NCBI RefSeq assembly: GCF_009914755.1
Contig: NC_060930.1
Direction: 5' to 3' (one strand)
Length of the DNA stretch: 64,000 bases
Source: the human T2T-CHM13v2.0 reference genome, Homo sapiens
A program made the translations under genes and the position numbers. Shown here one piece after another: positions 26,130 to 47,094 of the stretch; positions within the stretch are counted from its first letter, which is position 1; the number at the start of each line of letters is the position of its first letter. The notes beneath the pieces were generated by a model. That model was not told the DNA's origin, did no database searches, and saw only the letters and a program-made list of their open reading frames with translations.

Positions 26130-27420
26130 TGCTGAGCACTGAGCACTGAATAGGGAGCTTGAAGCTGGGTATGGAAAAAGGCAGTGACAGAAACAAGTTC
26201 CAAAAAAGAAAAAACATATGGGGCAGATGTAGTGGAGCAGGAAAAAGCTAAACATGGCAGAGCCCATGAGAAGTTGTTTGGTGTAAGCTCGATAAATGAT
26301 AATGGGAACATGAAGCAGAATGATGACAACAGAAGAAAGAAAAGGAGATGAGACTGAAGCAATATCCTCAATAAGACATGGCAATTTATTATATTAAGTT
26401 GGAGGGAATATGAAGAGAGTAGTGTGAAGTAGTAATCAAAATAAATTCTAATCACAGATAATTAGAAAGATAGTGTACCATTAATAAAATTACGGAATAC
26501 AGGAACAAAAACGTTAGAGAAAAAATTGGAGTATATTCCATTTGAGATGCCTTCCAAATGGAGAAACCTAGCAATCATGTATGGGTAGACCTTGAGAGAT
26601 AAATCTAAGATGAAAATATATACGTTGTAATTTTCTATACAGGGGTAGTATTTCAAGTCATGAAATTGCTAAGGGAGAAGGATAGCATAGGAAAGAAACT
26701 TGAGGAACACGTATATTCAGAAGAAAAAATAAGGAAGAAGGGTAAATAATTTCTGGAAGAATACAAAATTTAAAAAAACAAGGGAAAACTTTTTATAAAT
26801 CAGTTAATCAGCAAATATGTATCATATGACAATTATGTGCCTAACTATGTGCAAGGTAAAGTCTAGAATTCTACAGGAATGTATAACCAGAATCAGCAGG
26901 AAACCTTCCCTGGAAAGGAAGCATTTCTCTAGCTTTAAGCTAAGATGTATGAGAAGTTGGGGCGGGGACAGGAGAGAAGGGTGCTGATGGGGACTTTCCT
27001 GGCAGAAGGAGTAACATGTGAGAAAACCCCAAGAGCGTAACAAATTTGATAAACAGAAAGTAATTCGTTTTGAAGGGGTGATATAGAAAAAAATATTCAG
27101 GCACTTATTGACCCTGTTGAAAATTCTGATCTTTAGGTAAAAGCAATGTAGTTCAATTGAAGGGTTTGAATTGAGGGATGGGCTGGGGGTGAGTGGGAAG
27201 TAGGCTGTGGTATGATTAACATTTACATTTAAAGCTGACTTTAAATGTAAATTTAAACTCTGACTGCAGTTTGAGGATTGGAAGACTACACAAAGACCTA
27301 TAGAAATCTGGAAACCAACATGACAGCAAAGGCTATAGATGGGAGTAATTTAGAGTTTGAGAAAAAGTGAAATAATTCACTGGATTTGGCAATTAGGAAA
27401 AATGATGATTCTAGGCCAAG
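25850..27420 (-). mobile_element. L2 fragments
   Basis: tttgagatgccttccaaatggaga; ttatgtgcctaactatgtgcaagg; ctctgactgcagtttgaggattgga. Confidence 0.55.
26086..26128. repeat. Pure T43 homopolymer
   Basis: Direct count. Confidence 0.95.
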
Positions 27421-27485
27421 ATACCAACCTTACAATATACTTAATCTCATAATTTGTATAACATTATAAAATGAAATAGTAAAGG

Positions 27486-27495
27486 TCTCTCTCTC

Positions 27496-27542
<47 letters not shown>
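27486..27542. repeat. (CT)n(AT)n compound microsatellite
   Basis: Direct reading. Confidence 0.95.
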
Positions 27543-28171
27543 GAACTAAAACAAATTTAAAAGAGAAATATCTACCACAAGTATTAAAAACAATTGCTCT
27601 TGTCTGCTATAAGACCCAAAAATCCCACTTGGCATTGCTCTATTGAAGAAAACACTTGAATTTGAAGAAAGTACACATAGTTGGAGAATATAATTCATTT
27701 ATACTAAGTAGAAAAATGTGGGTCCTTTCAAATCTGTTGATTAGATATATTGTGTGCTTAATCAATATATGCCCCAGATGTTTCAAAATAACATGGTCTA
27801 TGTTAAAATCATATTATACTTTACAGAATGATCCACGTTTTGATCTTTGTTGGTTTAAAGTCTGTTTTATCAGAGACTAGGATTGCAACCCTTGCCTTTT
27901 TTTGTTTTCCATTTGCTTGGTAGATCTTCCTCCATCCTTTTATTTTGAGCCTATGTGTGTCTCTGAAAGTTAGATGGGTTTCCTGAATACAGCACACTGA
28001 TGGGTCTTGACTCTTTATCCAATTTGCCAGTCTGTGTCTTTTAATTGGAGCATTTAGTCCATTTACATTTAGAGTTAATATTGTTATGTGTGAATTTGAT
28101 CCTGTCATTATGATGTTAGCTGGTGATTTTGCTCGTTAGTTGATGCAGTTTCTTCCTAGTCTCGATGGTCT

Positions 28172-32470
<4,299 letters not shown>

Positions 32471-33143
32471 AACAATGAGATCACATGGACACAGGAATGG
32501 GAATATCACACTCTGGGGACTGTGGTGGGGTGGGGGGAGGGGGGAGGGATAGCATTGGGAGATATACCTAATGCTAGATGACGAGTTAGTGGGTGCAGCG
32601 CACCAGTATGGCACATGTATACATATGTAACTAACCTGCACAATGTGCACATGTACCCTAAAACTTAAAGTATAAAAAAAAAAAAAGAATGATCCATGTT
32701 TTACCAAAATAACAAAGAAACTAGAATATGCTTATAAAAATGATTCAACATGAATTTTAATAATGTCAACACATACACAATTCATGTACCATTCATTCTG
32801 CTATAAATAATTATTTACTATGCTTCTGCATTGTTTTTTTGTGCTAATCATATTTTTCTTTCATAGAGACATCTAAAGAGCCTTTGGTCATGTTTTAAAT
32901 GTTTTTCATCCTGTGTGGAGAGTCCTTAAATGTACTCAAAGACACGTCTTTGCCATATTTATACAACTGTATTAGGGGTACATTCTTCAAGCTCAAGTTT
33001 TTACTCAAAAAGATTCATTAAAAATATCATTAAGTGAAAACTATTATATTAACAAACAGTCCTAATCTTAATTATAACTACAGCTCAAAAGCAAACCCTA
33101 TTTTTTCAGCCTATTCAATTGTCTGAATAAAAATGTTTCTAGA

Positions 33144-34418
33144 GTTCTATACAGTTCATAAAATCATCTGTAGAGGTACCTGACTGAATGTACACTCAGT
33201 ACAGTGAAATGTGGCTGCACAATTCCATTTTTATCTAAATCTTTGCCCTTTTAATACTTAACAGATATTTCTTTAGCCTTTCAAGTAGTCATAAAAGTAA
33301 CATCTTAATGACAACTGCACTCTTATATTTTAGAATTTTGACTTTCTTTAAATGAGCCATAATGGAGCTATCAGATTTTTCATTATTGCATGAGATGAAA
33401 TATTGGCTTTCTAAGTAAATGTTTTGTTTAAATGTCACATAAGTCTCTTGTATGTTGTGCTTACATGTGCAAATTAGAGATGTTTGTTCTTTAAAGAAGT
33501 TTTCCATCTCTATATAATTTCATGAAATAAATATATATGCTTATGTTTGATAAGGACAAATTAATCCATTAAGAGGGGCTTATTGAGCATACATTATGTG
33601 ACAGGCAGTTTTCTAGGGGACATAGAAGCAAATGAAACAATAATCTTTGGCTCTATGTAATTTACATTCTAAATATAAATTCATTTCCAAGTGAAACATT
33701 TTAAAATAAGTAACTGCTTTTTTGTCCTGGATGGTATCTAGATTATTCAAGGTTTGGGCTGCTTAAAAATTAACTATAGTGTTGTTTATTATTTTATTGC
33801 ATACCATACAGATAGTTCTAACCATTATAAAAAAGATATGCCTTTAGTTTCTTAAGGTTAAATATTAATTCAGCAGTGGGAGTAAATTAAAAAGTTAATT
33901 TTGTAACTTAAGTTTTAAATTTTAACTTAATATTTTAAGGAACAACAGCAAACTGTTTAGTATCTCATTTAAATATTGTCAATCTGTTCAATTAGATAGA
34001 GAATTGGGGACTGAGCAGATTACTTAGGTTACTTTTTACCCAATTCCAGTTAGTATTCCCATCCGCTTTTCTGAAATCCTTAACTAAAAATGATATGGAT
34101 CTGTTAGAAAACTAAACAGGAAATCCAAATTTCTTAATACCCATTAAGTTTTTCTTAATACCCACTTAGCGGTATTAGAAACTAGTAAAGGTACTACATA
34201 TTTTAAAGGAAGTTTTTTACACCAGTAACAGAAATGTTCTATATTAAACTCAATGTGTCTCATGCTTGTACATGATTCTAGTAAGACAATAGGCTCTGTC
34301 CAAACTAATTAAGAGCTCTGCTGATAAATTTAAATTGTCATGGCTGCTAACTCTTCATTGTACTGAGTGTACATTCAGTCATGTACCTCTACAGATGATT
34401 TTATGAACAGTATAGAAC
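33144..34418. repeat. 65-bp inverted repeat pair (33144-33208 and 34354-34418)
   Basis: Manual reverse-complement alignment gives 62/65 identity, ungapped. Confidence 0.95.
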
Positions 34419-35966
34419 CCTCCAGAAAGTCTCAGACTATTGGTTTGAATATTTTAAACATATTTATTGATATATAGTTTACGTACCATAAAATTAGTTC
34501 ATTAAAAGTGTACAATTCAATTTTTTACGTATGTTCACAGGGTTATACAACCATTGCCAAAATCTAAGTTTAGAATGTTTAAGTCCTCTGTAAAAAAATC
34601 CCATACTTAATACTAGTTACTACCCATTGGACCCCTACACTTAAACATCCATTAATCTACTTCCATCTCTATACATTTGCTTAGTTTTACCTAGACTGCA
34701 CATTTTATTTAAATACGGTCGTACAACATGTGGTTTTTCCTTTAGCTTACTGTCTTTTAGGTTCATACATGTGTTGGAACTTTATTTATTTATTGCTAAA
34801 AATATTCAATTATGTGGATATATTTTGTCTATTTAACAGCGGACACTTGAGTTGTGTCCACATTGTGGCTATTATAATAATATTGTTAGAAAATTTTGTG
34901 TACAGCTTTTTGTGTGAGTTGAATACTTTTATCTCTTATGTTTAGAAGTGAAATTGCTGGATTATATGGGAATTCTAAGTTTAACATTTTGAAGAAGCAT
35001 CCAATTGTTTTCCAAAGTGGCTGCAAGATTTAACAGTCCCACCTGTAATGCATGTGGGACTGTTTTTCCACTTCTCGGTCAACACTTGTAATTGTTTGTT
35101 TTTGGATTGTAATCATCCTAGTGGGTGTGAAGTTGTTATGATTTGAAGTTGACTGATGGAAAATGATATTGAACATCTTTTCATATGTTTATCGACTTTT
35201 ATATACCTTCCTTGGATAAATGTCTATGCAGATTATATATCCAGTTTTAATTTTTTTTTCTTATTGAGATATGAGTTATTTACATGTTCTGGCTATAAGA
35301 CCCTTATCAGATACATGATTTGCTAATATTTTCTTCCATTCTTTGGGCTGTGTTTTCATTTTCTTGACGGCTGTCATTTATAGCACAAACTTTTAAAAAA
35401 TTTTAATAGTCTAACTTTTTTTTATTTTGTTGCTTGTGATTTTGATGTCATATCTAAAATACCACTGCCTAACCTAGATTTACTCCTATGATTTCCTACA
35501 AGAATCATATAGTTTTAACTCATATATTAAGATCTATGATCCATTTTGAGTTAGTTTTGGTGCATGGTGTGAGGTAGTGCTCCAACTTCATTGCTTTACA
35601 TGTGACTAACCAGTTTTCCCAGTACCATTTGTTGAAAACACTATTCTTTACCTATTGAATGATCTTGGCATTATTATAAAAAATCAATTGACCACAGATT
35701 TATGGATTTATTTCTGGAATCTCAATTCTATTCCATTAGTCTTTGTTTTAATCTTTATGCTAATACCAAACCATCTTGAATATTGTAGCTTTGTAGTATA
35801 TTTTGAAATTAACTGTTTGAGTTCTTTAAATTTCTTTTTCATTTTCATGATTGTTTTGGCTATTTATATTTCCATCTTAAAATTTCATGATTGGCTTGTA
35901 AATTTCTGGAAAAAAGATACTAGGGATTTTGATACAGATTGGATTGAAATTGTCATCTTAGCAATA

Positions 35967-36830
35967 GAGTTGACCCTTGAACAACATGGGGGTTAGGGAA
36001 ACTGACCTCTTGTGTAGTTAAAAATCTACATATAACTTTGGAGTCCTCAATGACTTAACCACTAAGCCTACTGTTGACTGGAAGCCTTACCAATAACTAG
36101 ACAGTTGATTAACTCATACTTTGTATATCATATGTGTTATATTCTGTATTCTTATAAAAAATAAGCTGAAGAAAAGAAAATGTTACTATGAAAATCATAA
36201 GGAACAGAAAATATATTTGTAGTATTTACTATGTTTATCCAACCGTAAGTTTATGTCACCTGTTTAGAAGACGCATAGTCTGTGTGAAATGGCAGGCAAC
36301 TGCAGCTACAGGCCTCAATCTACAGTACATATCAAGTTATTATTTTTTTCTTGTAATATCATGACTTTGCTTTGCTTTCTGAGAGGACTTACAGGATCAC
36401 TAGTGGCACTTCATATAGGTCTCATGGTGTTATTCAAGGTTTATGATACTACATTTAACAAAATGAAAAATACACCAGAACTGTGAGAGATCACTTTCCA
36501 CTGGAATATGCAATTTAGTTGAGAGACATATTGCTCATGCAAAGATGATTAACATTATACAATATGTAAAATGGATGCCTTCAACCCTTGAGTTCACTGC
36601 AATAGCAACAAGGAGATGGTTATAAATTATTACAATAGGATAGTTTGTACTGCCATTAATTTTATGCACTTAGGATTTTATGTTTGTTTATATTTCTCTC
36701 AATTGAGAATGGTATCATGGTCTGTGTTTATGTGAGTAAATTTTAACTTTTTATAATAAATTTGAGTATATTTTATAGTAGTAAATGATAAAGTACACTA
36801 GTATCTACATACATTTTATGCATTGATGGA
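35967..36830 (+). mobile_element. Tigger2-family (TcMar) DNA transposon, right end missing
   Basis: TA followed by gagttgacccttgaacaacatggggg (Tigger2/MER8 TIR); ctgttgactggaagccttaccaataac; no right TIR seen. Confidence 0.75.
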
Positions 36831-37226
36831 TACCCTTTCTCTGGATAAGGTCATTCCTTTCTATTCCTAGGATTTTTAGTTTGTTTTGTTTTTGTGTCTT
36901 ACCATGAAAAGGTGTTAATTTTTGTCAGACACTTTTTCTCCGTCTATTAAGATTCATATGGTTTTTGCTCCTTATTTAATTACTATGGTATATTACATTA
37001 ATTGATCTACAGAAGTTAAACCTATTTGCATCCCTGAGAGGTCCCTCTTTGCAATAGTGCACAATCCATTTTATAGGTGCTGGATTTGGTTTGTAGTATT
37101 TTGATGAAGACTTACACGTATATTAATAAGGGATATTGATATATAGTTTTCTTTTTCTGTCTTTGTCTGGTTTTGGCATTAAAAAAATACTGGCCTTGTA
37201 AAATAAGTTGGAAAGTGTTCACTTCT

Positions 37227-39986
<2,760 letters not shown>

Positions 39987-41079
39987 GGAAAGTGTTCACT
40001 TCTAATCTTTGAAAAGATTATGAACATTTTATTTAATTCTTTCTTTGAATGGTAAAACTCATTAGTGAAGATATTTGAACCTGGAATTTTCATTGTGGGA
40101 GTTTTAAATTATTAATTTTATCTGTACATGTCATAGTTCTATACAGATTTTCTATTTTTTCTTCAGTCAGTTTTGATAATTTGTATATTTTTAACAACTT
40201 TTCATCTCATCTACATTATTTAATATGTTGGCATGCTGTTGTTTGTAATATTCTTTCATAAACCTTTTTACTTCTCAAAGGTTACTACTAATGTCCCAGT
40301 TTCATTTTTTATTTTAGTAGTTTTGTTTTGTCTCTTTTTCCTTTCAGTCTAATTGTTTGCTAATTTTGCTCATCTTTACAAAGAGCCAGATTATGGTTTG
40401 GTGATTTTTTTCTTTTTTCTTTTTTTTTTTTTTTTGTTTTATTTTCTATTTCCCTTCTATTCTAATGTTATTTCCTTCTGTTTGCTTGCTTTGGTTCTAG
40501 TTTATTTTTTCGAGTTTATTAAGGTGGAAGTTTAGTTCATTGATGTGAGAACTTCCTTCTTTTTAATATAGGCATTTATTGTGATCCCAGAAGGGCATTT
40601 CTTGGCTACTATTTCCTGTTTCTCTTCATGAAATTTCTGATTGCTATCCCATGTTGTTTTTATCATGCAGCTCTCAGCCTCCTCCTAATAGCTCTTCACC
40701 AAGATCGACATTAGTTGTCAACAATCTAAATCATGTATTTCTCCACTCTCTATTCCAAATAAAGTCTATCCTCAAAAGAAGAACGGCAGATCACTTTGGA
40801 TTTATGCCCTGCTTTTCCCCTAAGTGGTACTCCTGCACTACTGCACCAGAACTGAGTGGGGATCCACTTTTTCTACAGAAACATATCTGCTCTGTAATAT
40901 GGATCACAATCAACTCAGAGAGTTGATAAGGCTGTGAAGATGTGCTAAGCTGCACCCATTTAGGAGCCATCAGAGCAGAAAATGTGGCAGACTTGAGAGC
41001 ATTCCCCAAACCACACATAAACCTATCAGCATGAAGCTGTAACTTCACTGACACAAGGATCTTAAACACAATCTCTAAT

Positions 41080-41195
41080 CAAACACAAATTAAATAAGCT
41101 AGGATCCAGTTAAGCCATGCCTGGACTTCTGAACCATAGAAATTGTGAGATAATAAATGTGTGCTGTGTTAAGCCACTACATTTGTGGCAATTTT
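41080..41195 (+). mobile_element. MLT1 LTR 3' fragment
   Basis: agccatgcctggacttctgaaccatagaaattgtgagataataaatgtgtgctgtgttaagccact. Confidence 0.7.
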
Positions 41196-41199
41196 TGGA

Positions 41200-41425
41200 A
41201 CACAGAGATCCTGCACCCAGCACCATTCCTGCATGTCTCCCATAACAAGTTTCCCTTTAAAAACTCTATGCAAATGTTAAAATTTAAGATGGTCTTTGTG
41301 ACTATAGTCCACCATCTTCTTGGTTTTGATGGCTTTCCAAATAAACATAATTTTTCTCCCGCCAACCCTCACCTCTCATGTCTGGCTTTTGAGTGGCAAG
41401 CAGCCAAACCTAGGATCAATAACAA
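41200..41425 (+). mobile_element. ERV1 (MER4-group-like) LTR 3' fragment
   Basis: ccctttaaaaac TATA-like box, aataaac poly(A) signal, tggcttttgagtggcaagcagccaaacct...aaca end. Confidence 0.5.
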
Positions 41426-42005
41426 TTTGTGGTCACAAATTCATTTTGTACCTTCTACATATTTATACTAACTTTTATTTTCTATCTTCTTGAGATGAAT
41501 GTTTAACTAGATCAACGTTTCAAGAACTTTAAAGTTTTTAAAAAATATATATGTTATCATGGCTAAACATGTCCAGATAGAGCTTTATCACACATTCTTA
41601 GTCATGTATTCAAACATGCTCTTTTACCTCCTTCTATAACTGCTATTAGACCTGAGCTAAATGTTCTCTTCATATCCTCTAGGACCTTAACATATTTTAT
41701 TATAGTTTCAACATTTTTACTTCTCTGAACTACATCCTAGAAAATTTTCTCAGATTACTCAGTAAATGTATTATGCAAACTATGACAATTTTCCTGTTTA
41801 ATGTCCCTACAGTTTTTGAATTTCATCTTTAGAATCAGTTTTCTGATACTTTTAAAATTATGATTTTGATTAGTTATTCTCTCTTTAGTTAAAATGAACT
41901 TGTATGTGTGTACACGTGAAATACAGAGATACTGAGACAAAGTGAGAGTAACACTTACATTTTGTAAATAGAGTAGTTTAATGTTTGCTTATGTTTTAAC
42001 TCTTA

Positions 42006-42350
42006 TGCTATGGTCTGAATGTTTGTGTCCTCCCAAAATTCATATGTTGAAACCTAACCTCCAAGGTGATGGTATTAAGAAGTGAGGCCTTTGGGAGGTG
42101 ATCAGGTCACGAGGGACACATTGTCATAAATGGATTCCCTTATAAAAGAGGCCTGAGGAAGCTTGTTCACCCCCTCCACCATGTGAGGACACAGAAAGAA
42201 AATGCCATTTATGAAGCAGAGAGCAAGCTAGACAAAGAATTTGCTGGTGCTTTGATTATGGACCCCACAACCAACAGAACTGTGAGCAATAAATTTTGTT
42301 GTTTATAAATAACCCAATCCTAGTTAAAGCAGGCTGAAAAGACTAAAACA
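42006..42350 (+). mobile_element. MLT1A/MLT1A0 solo LTR
   Basis: tgctatggtctgaatgtttgtgtcctcccaaaattcatatgttgaaacctaa...ccaccatgtgaggacacag...gactaaaaca. Confidence 0.88.
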
Positions 42351-43667
42351 TCCTGGTATACCAATGGTCCTGGTTCAATTTTATACGCACCTTAATGGCT
42401 TTAGTTTGAAAAACCAAGTGGGAAGATGTACACAGATTACAATTTGCCTTTGGCACAGGATTGGGGTTTCAATGTATAAGTTACTTATTTTCCCATTCCT
42501 GTTCCTATCAGCATTAAATTTTTTCCTCCTGCTTTCTTTGTGTAGCTGGCATAAGTTTTTTGGTCCAATTTTGATAGATGAGTAACTCTATCATCCCAGG
42601 CTTTATGCCATGAGCACAATTTCACTTTGACATTGTGGGCATATTATGAAAATCTTAATTAAGGTAACACTCAGCCTCTGTAGGTAATAGAGCCTCTGTT
42701 TTCAGTCTCCAGACTCCAAAGCCTCTCTGTGGTCTAATCTCTGTATATACCCTGCTGGTGGCCTGGCAATCCCTATCTCTCCCTATCTCTCTCTCTCTCT
42801 CTCTCTCTTCTATTTTTAATGGCACCAAGGAATTTTTTTGATCAATTTGAATGTAGATTTTTTTTGCTGTTATGCTTTTACTCTAATTTCTATGTGCATG
42901 TGGTATGGATGCGTTTGAATATGGGGCAGGGGAGTGGGTCTCATCCACATATCTCAATATTGCTTATTAAGCAAATTAACTCAAATATCTATACTTATTT
43001 CTCCCCAACCCCATATATTTCTGTCAGCCCTAGCATAGCGCAAACTGATTTTTGGATTAAAGAGTTTTTTCATAGATGATAAAAATGGATTAAAACACTA
43101 TATTGCATTAAATTACACAAAGTCATATTGAGTTCTCACTCAGGTTGTGCCAGCAAATGTGCTATTGTGGATTACACAAAAGGAGAACTCATCTCATCTT
43201 AACAGAGCTATGATTTCATATGTTGACATGATTAAATTATAATTAATACAAAGCACATGATAATAAGTGCTAAAAGAATTGTGTGAAGATGAAGAGATTG
43301 TGATGTTGGGAATTAGGTAGATGTTCATAAAAGGTTCAAAGAAGTCAAGGTTCATTAAGTGGCTCTGTAAATTGGGTAAATCAGTAGATAATGTTGGTTG
43401 TAGTGAAATGTGGGGAAAGGATTCACTTCCAGGAATTCACTGTGAAGCCTTTTTGTCTAGAAAGTTAGTTGGGGTCATAAAATTAAATTATTTAAATGCC
43501 AGATTAAAGGGTCTTGATGTCATTTAGCAAATAATAGGGACTTTAAAAGTGTTTGCCTAGGAGGCAATTCTATTAGTTCATCTTCATGTCTCCATGTCCT
43601 GACACTGACGAGAATGGAAGGGATGCTCAATAGTATTTGCTGAAAGACCAAATAAATAATAAAAATA

Positions 43668-43959
43668 GCTCACACCTGTAATCCCAACACTTTGGGAGGC
43701 CACTGAGTTGGTAGGATTGCTTGAAATTAGGAGTTTGAGACCAGCTTGTGCAACATAGTGAGACCTCATCTCTATAAAAAATTTAAAAATTAGCCAGGTG
43801 TGGTGGTGGTACACCTGTAGTCCTAGCTACTCAGGAGGCTGCGGTGGGAGAATCACATGAGTCCAAGAGTTGAAGACTGCAATGAACTATGATTCCATCA
43901 CTCTGCTCCACCCTGGGCAACACAGCAAGATCCTACATCTAAAAAAATATAAAAAAATG
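43668..43959 (+). mobile_element. AluJ, slightly 5'-truncated
   Basis: gctcacacctgtaatcccaacactttgggaggcc...ggattgcttga...gactgcaatgaactatgat plus A tail. Confidence 0.92.
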
Positions 43960-46900
43960 AATAATAAATTTACTCCAAGATCTTGCAGAACCTGTAGAAA
44001 TATCTGTTGAATTTATCATTGCAGAATACATTTTTTATTTTGAAGAAAAATGCTGCATTTGACAAAACTTAATTTACTGAAGAGCAAGGACCATATTAAG
44101 TTCATTCTTTTATTCTTACTAGTGTACAGCACATTTTAAGAAGGCTGACTCCAGGCCAAGATCCTATGTATGATCTTTCAGACCTACCAGAAGCAATTAT
44201 GAAATTGCCTGCCAGGCCTTATGGGGATGGGAGGGAAGCTGCCCTTCCCACATCAGCCTTGTTGTACAGCTAATGCACTGCAGTTTTCTGAAAAGTGTTG
44301 CAGTCTAGGACTCAGGCCTTCAGGCTAGCCAATACTCATATGTACGTCTGCATTCCTAGTTCCAGGGACCTCTGTGATGACTTCTTTATCTGGGATCTTG
44401 AATGAGGCAATTTTCCAAGGTCTGATTCAACACTCAGTCCAGTAAGATAGGAGCCTTTTGTTGGGGGCTTCTTGTCAGTGAGACAGTTTGCCTCATCTGT
44501 GCTGCATCCATCTGATACTCACCTGGTGCCACCCCTTGGAGAAAAATGGCCCACAACACCTTTCTGCCTTTTGATTGAACTACCGCAGCAACTGAATGAG
44601 GGCTTGATTATACCTTCGGTTATGCTCATTGTCCTAACAGACAACCTTGACACCTGTCAGCTGGACACATAGTAGTTACTCTGTTAATTAAACTGAAGGA
44701 AAGAATTAATTGATAAATGAATAAGAAAGCTATATCACAAAGCAATATGAGACTGAGGAGCAAATAAATACATCAGAAATGTACAGTGCCAGTGGCCATA
44801 GCATCTCCTCTGATTTAAAAAATCCATTAAGAAATACAATGTTTGTCTTTCTAAGTACGTTTACAACATAAGGGAAAAGGCATCATACCATACATTTGAA
44901 AATGCACACGTAGCATCATTACAATGGCATTTTTTTGTTGTTTTCAGCAAAGCAATTTAATAAATGTTGCTGGCTAAGAGTATCTGCATAACACCTTGCT
45001 TGTAAAATCACCTAGTCTCCACAGTTTTGCGATTCACTCTAATCATGTAACACCCTGACATAATTTATCAATATAAAACTGTCCAAATGTAAATTCTAAG
45101 TGATTGAGAAATTCAGAAATGTCTGGCTATGCTTTAGGATCTTATGATCAATATCATAAAATAATATACAAGTAATAGATGATGCTATAAAATAATTGTG
45201 GGTTTTTTGGTGTGTATGTGTCTCATCTCTTATTTTATCAAAGTTTTCAGAAATTTATCAGTTACATGGCTTTATCAGAGAGGATAACATGTGTATTAAT
45301 AAATGTGTAAAGTATTTTAGATTATTTAAATTATCAAATTTTATAGTACAAAAATGTTATGATTTTACCTCTAGGAAGGGAATAATTTTTATGACTATTT
45401 TCCCCAAAACAAAGATAAAAATACTGATTACTTGACTTCTAAGAGAAAAATATTTTAATTTATAATTTCATCTGTATTAGAGGAAGTGAGAAAAAGACTA
45501 CTATTTGTAATTATTTATACCATTGAAGTCATGACAGAAATTGAAAGGAAAATTTAGTAAATTCATGAAAGTGTGCATGAAATGTAATAATTATTCTATA
45601 GCTAAGATCTAATATTCTGAAGAAAATTATACCACAGAAAGTACATTTAATGTACTTTAGTTTCTACTTCCATGATGTTAAAAGGTTTTAAAGTGCTTTG
45701 ATGCAAAATGGCAAATGACATACTTCAGAGACAATCAATATGTTTTGCATTTGCTACTAAAAGGGAACATTTTTTGTGTGTCACTGTTGGAAGACTTGCT
45801 CTTAGAGAAGTCAGCTATATTTTTAAGCTATTTCTACACAATATTTTTATCATAATACCTAACTTCTCCAAAGGCAAACTGCATTCCTTCCTAACTGACT
45901 TGCAAAGGTATGATAATCAAGGTAGGAAAGCCCACTAGAAAAATTCAGCGGGACATATCTAAAAAAATTGCTTTAAATCATGAACTAAGCACAAACAATA
46001 ATTCACCATGATCCATAACTAACTGTCTGCCCACTGTGAATAAAGTCATCTTGGGTTTCTCTGTGTAAGGAAATGCTTTTCATTATATTTTTATTTATCA
46101 TGCTGTTTTGTCTCTTATTTTAAATGAAAAGTGTTTTTTTCTATTAATCTAATACACAATTATTTACAGATTTACATGTTAATCTTTCTTGTGAAATATA
46201 ACAGAGAAAGATGGCTGTATTTAACATAACGGTCACCAGAACACAAGTTAGAAATCCTGTAGGCAGCTACTATGTATGTAGCATTATTGGACAGCCTGGA
46301 ATCAGGTTTCAGCATTTAACAATAATTAAAAAAATTAAAATATATTTTACATTTGTCACTGCAGAAAATTCTAAGACAAATTCAATGCTGCATAGGTAGT
46401 TTTAGAAAAACACTATACAATATTTGAGCATCTTCGTAATGGCACTGGATTCAGTTGTTGAATTTCAAACAACAAAAAGGAATTTCACTGACAAAGCAAA
46501 ATTGAAAATTTAATCCAACCTGTTTCAAATATTTGTTTCGAATTACTTAATCCCATGAAACTTTGAAAATACAGAATTATTCTCACAAACAGAGTGATAT
46601 CTAATATAATTAGAGAAATATTAATTGTATTCCTAATGCCTCTGCTAAGAGGGAGGATGAAAGGACAGACATATCCTAAGTTTCCACATAATTAAATCCA
46701 AGTCTCAGAAAGATGTATTTATTTATGTTTATAGTTCTCTTACCTTCACAATAGGAACTCTTCCAAATAAAATCATACAATATAACAGTTTAAAAATTAA
46801 TGCCTACAGACATTCAAGCATGGAGGTACTGCAAGGCAGCACATTTGACCATGAGTTTTCTGTGGCCAAAACAAAATAAAAGATGATGAGTTATAAAATG

Positions 46901-47094
46901 TACAATGTTTCTGATGAATAATATATATATTTATAAATAAAATGCAAATTTAAATTGTAATTATAAAATACATAAAACGTGAAATAAGTGTTTTATGACT
47001 CTATAAATAGATTCTCAATTACATAAAGTAATTTATTCAGAGACATGTTACCTAAGGCAGTTTCTTGTTGCATTCCTAAAGTAAGCTAAAAACA

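Noticed and set aside
26043-26455. ORFs with poly-lysine tracts
   Set aside because: Artefacts of the T43 homopolymer within L2-derived sequence.
44120-44680. GC-richer block that might be an exon or LTR/ERV fragment
   Set aside because: No recognisable protein similarity or confident repeat identity; a Dfam search is needed.
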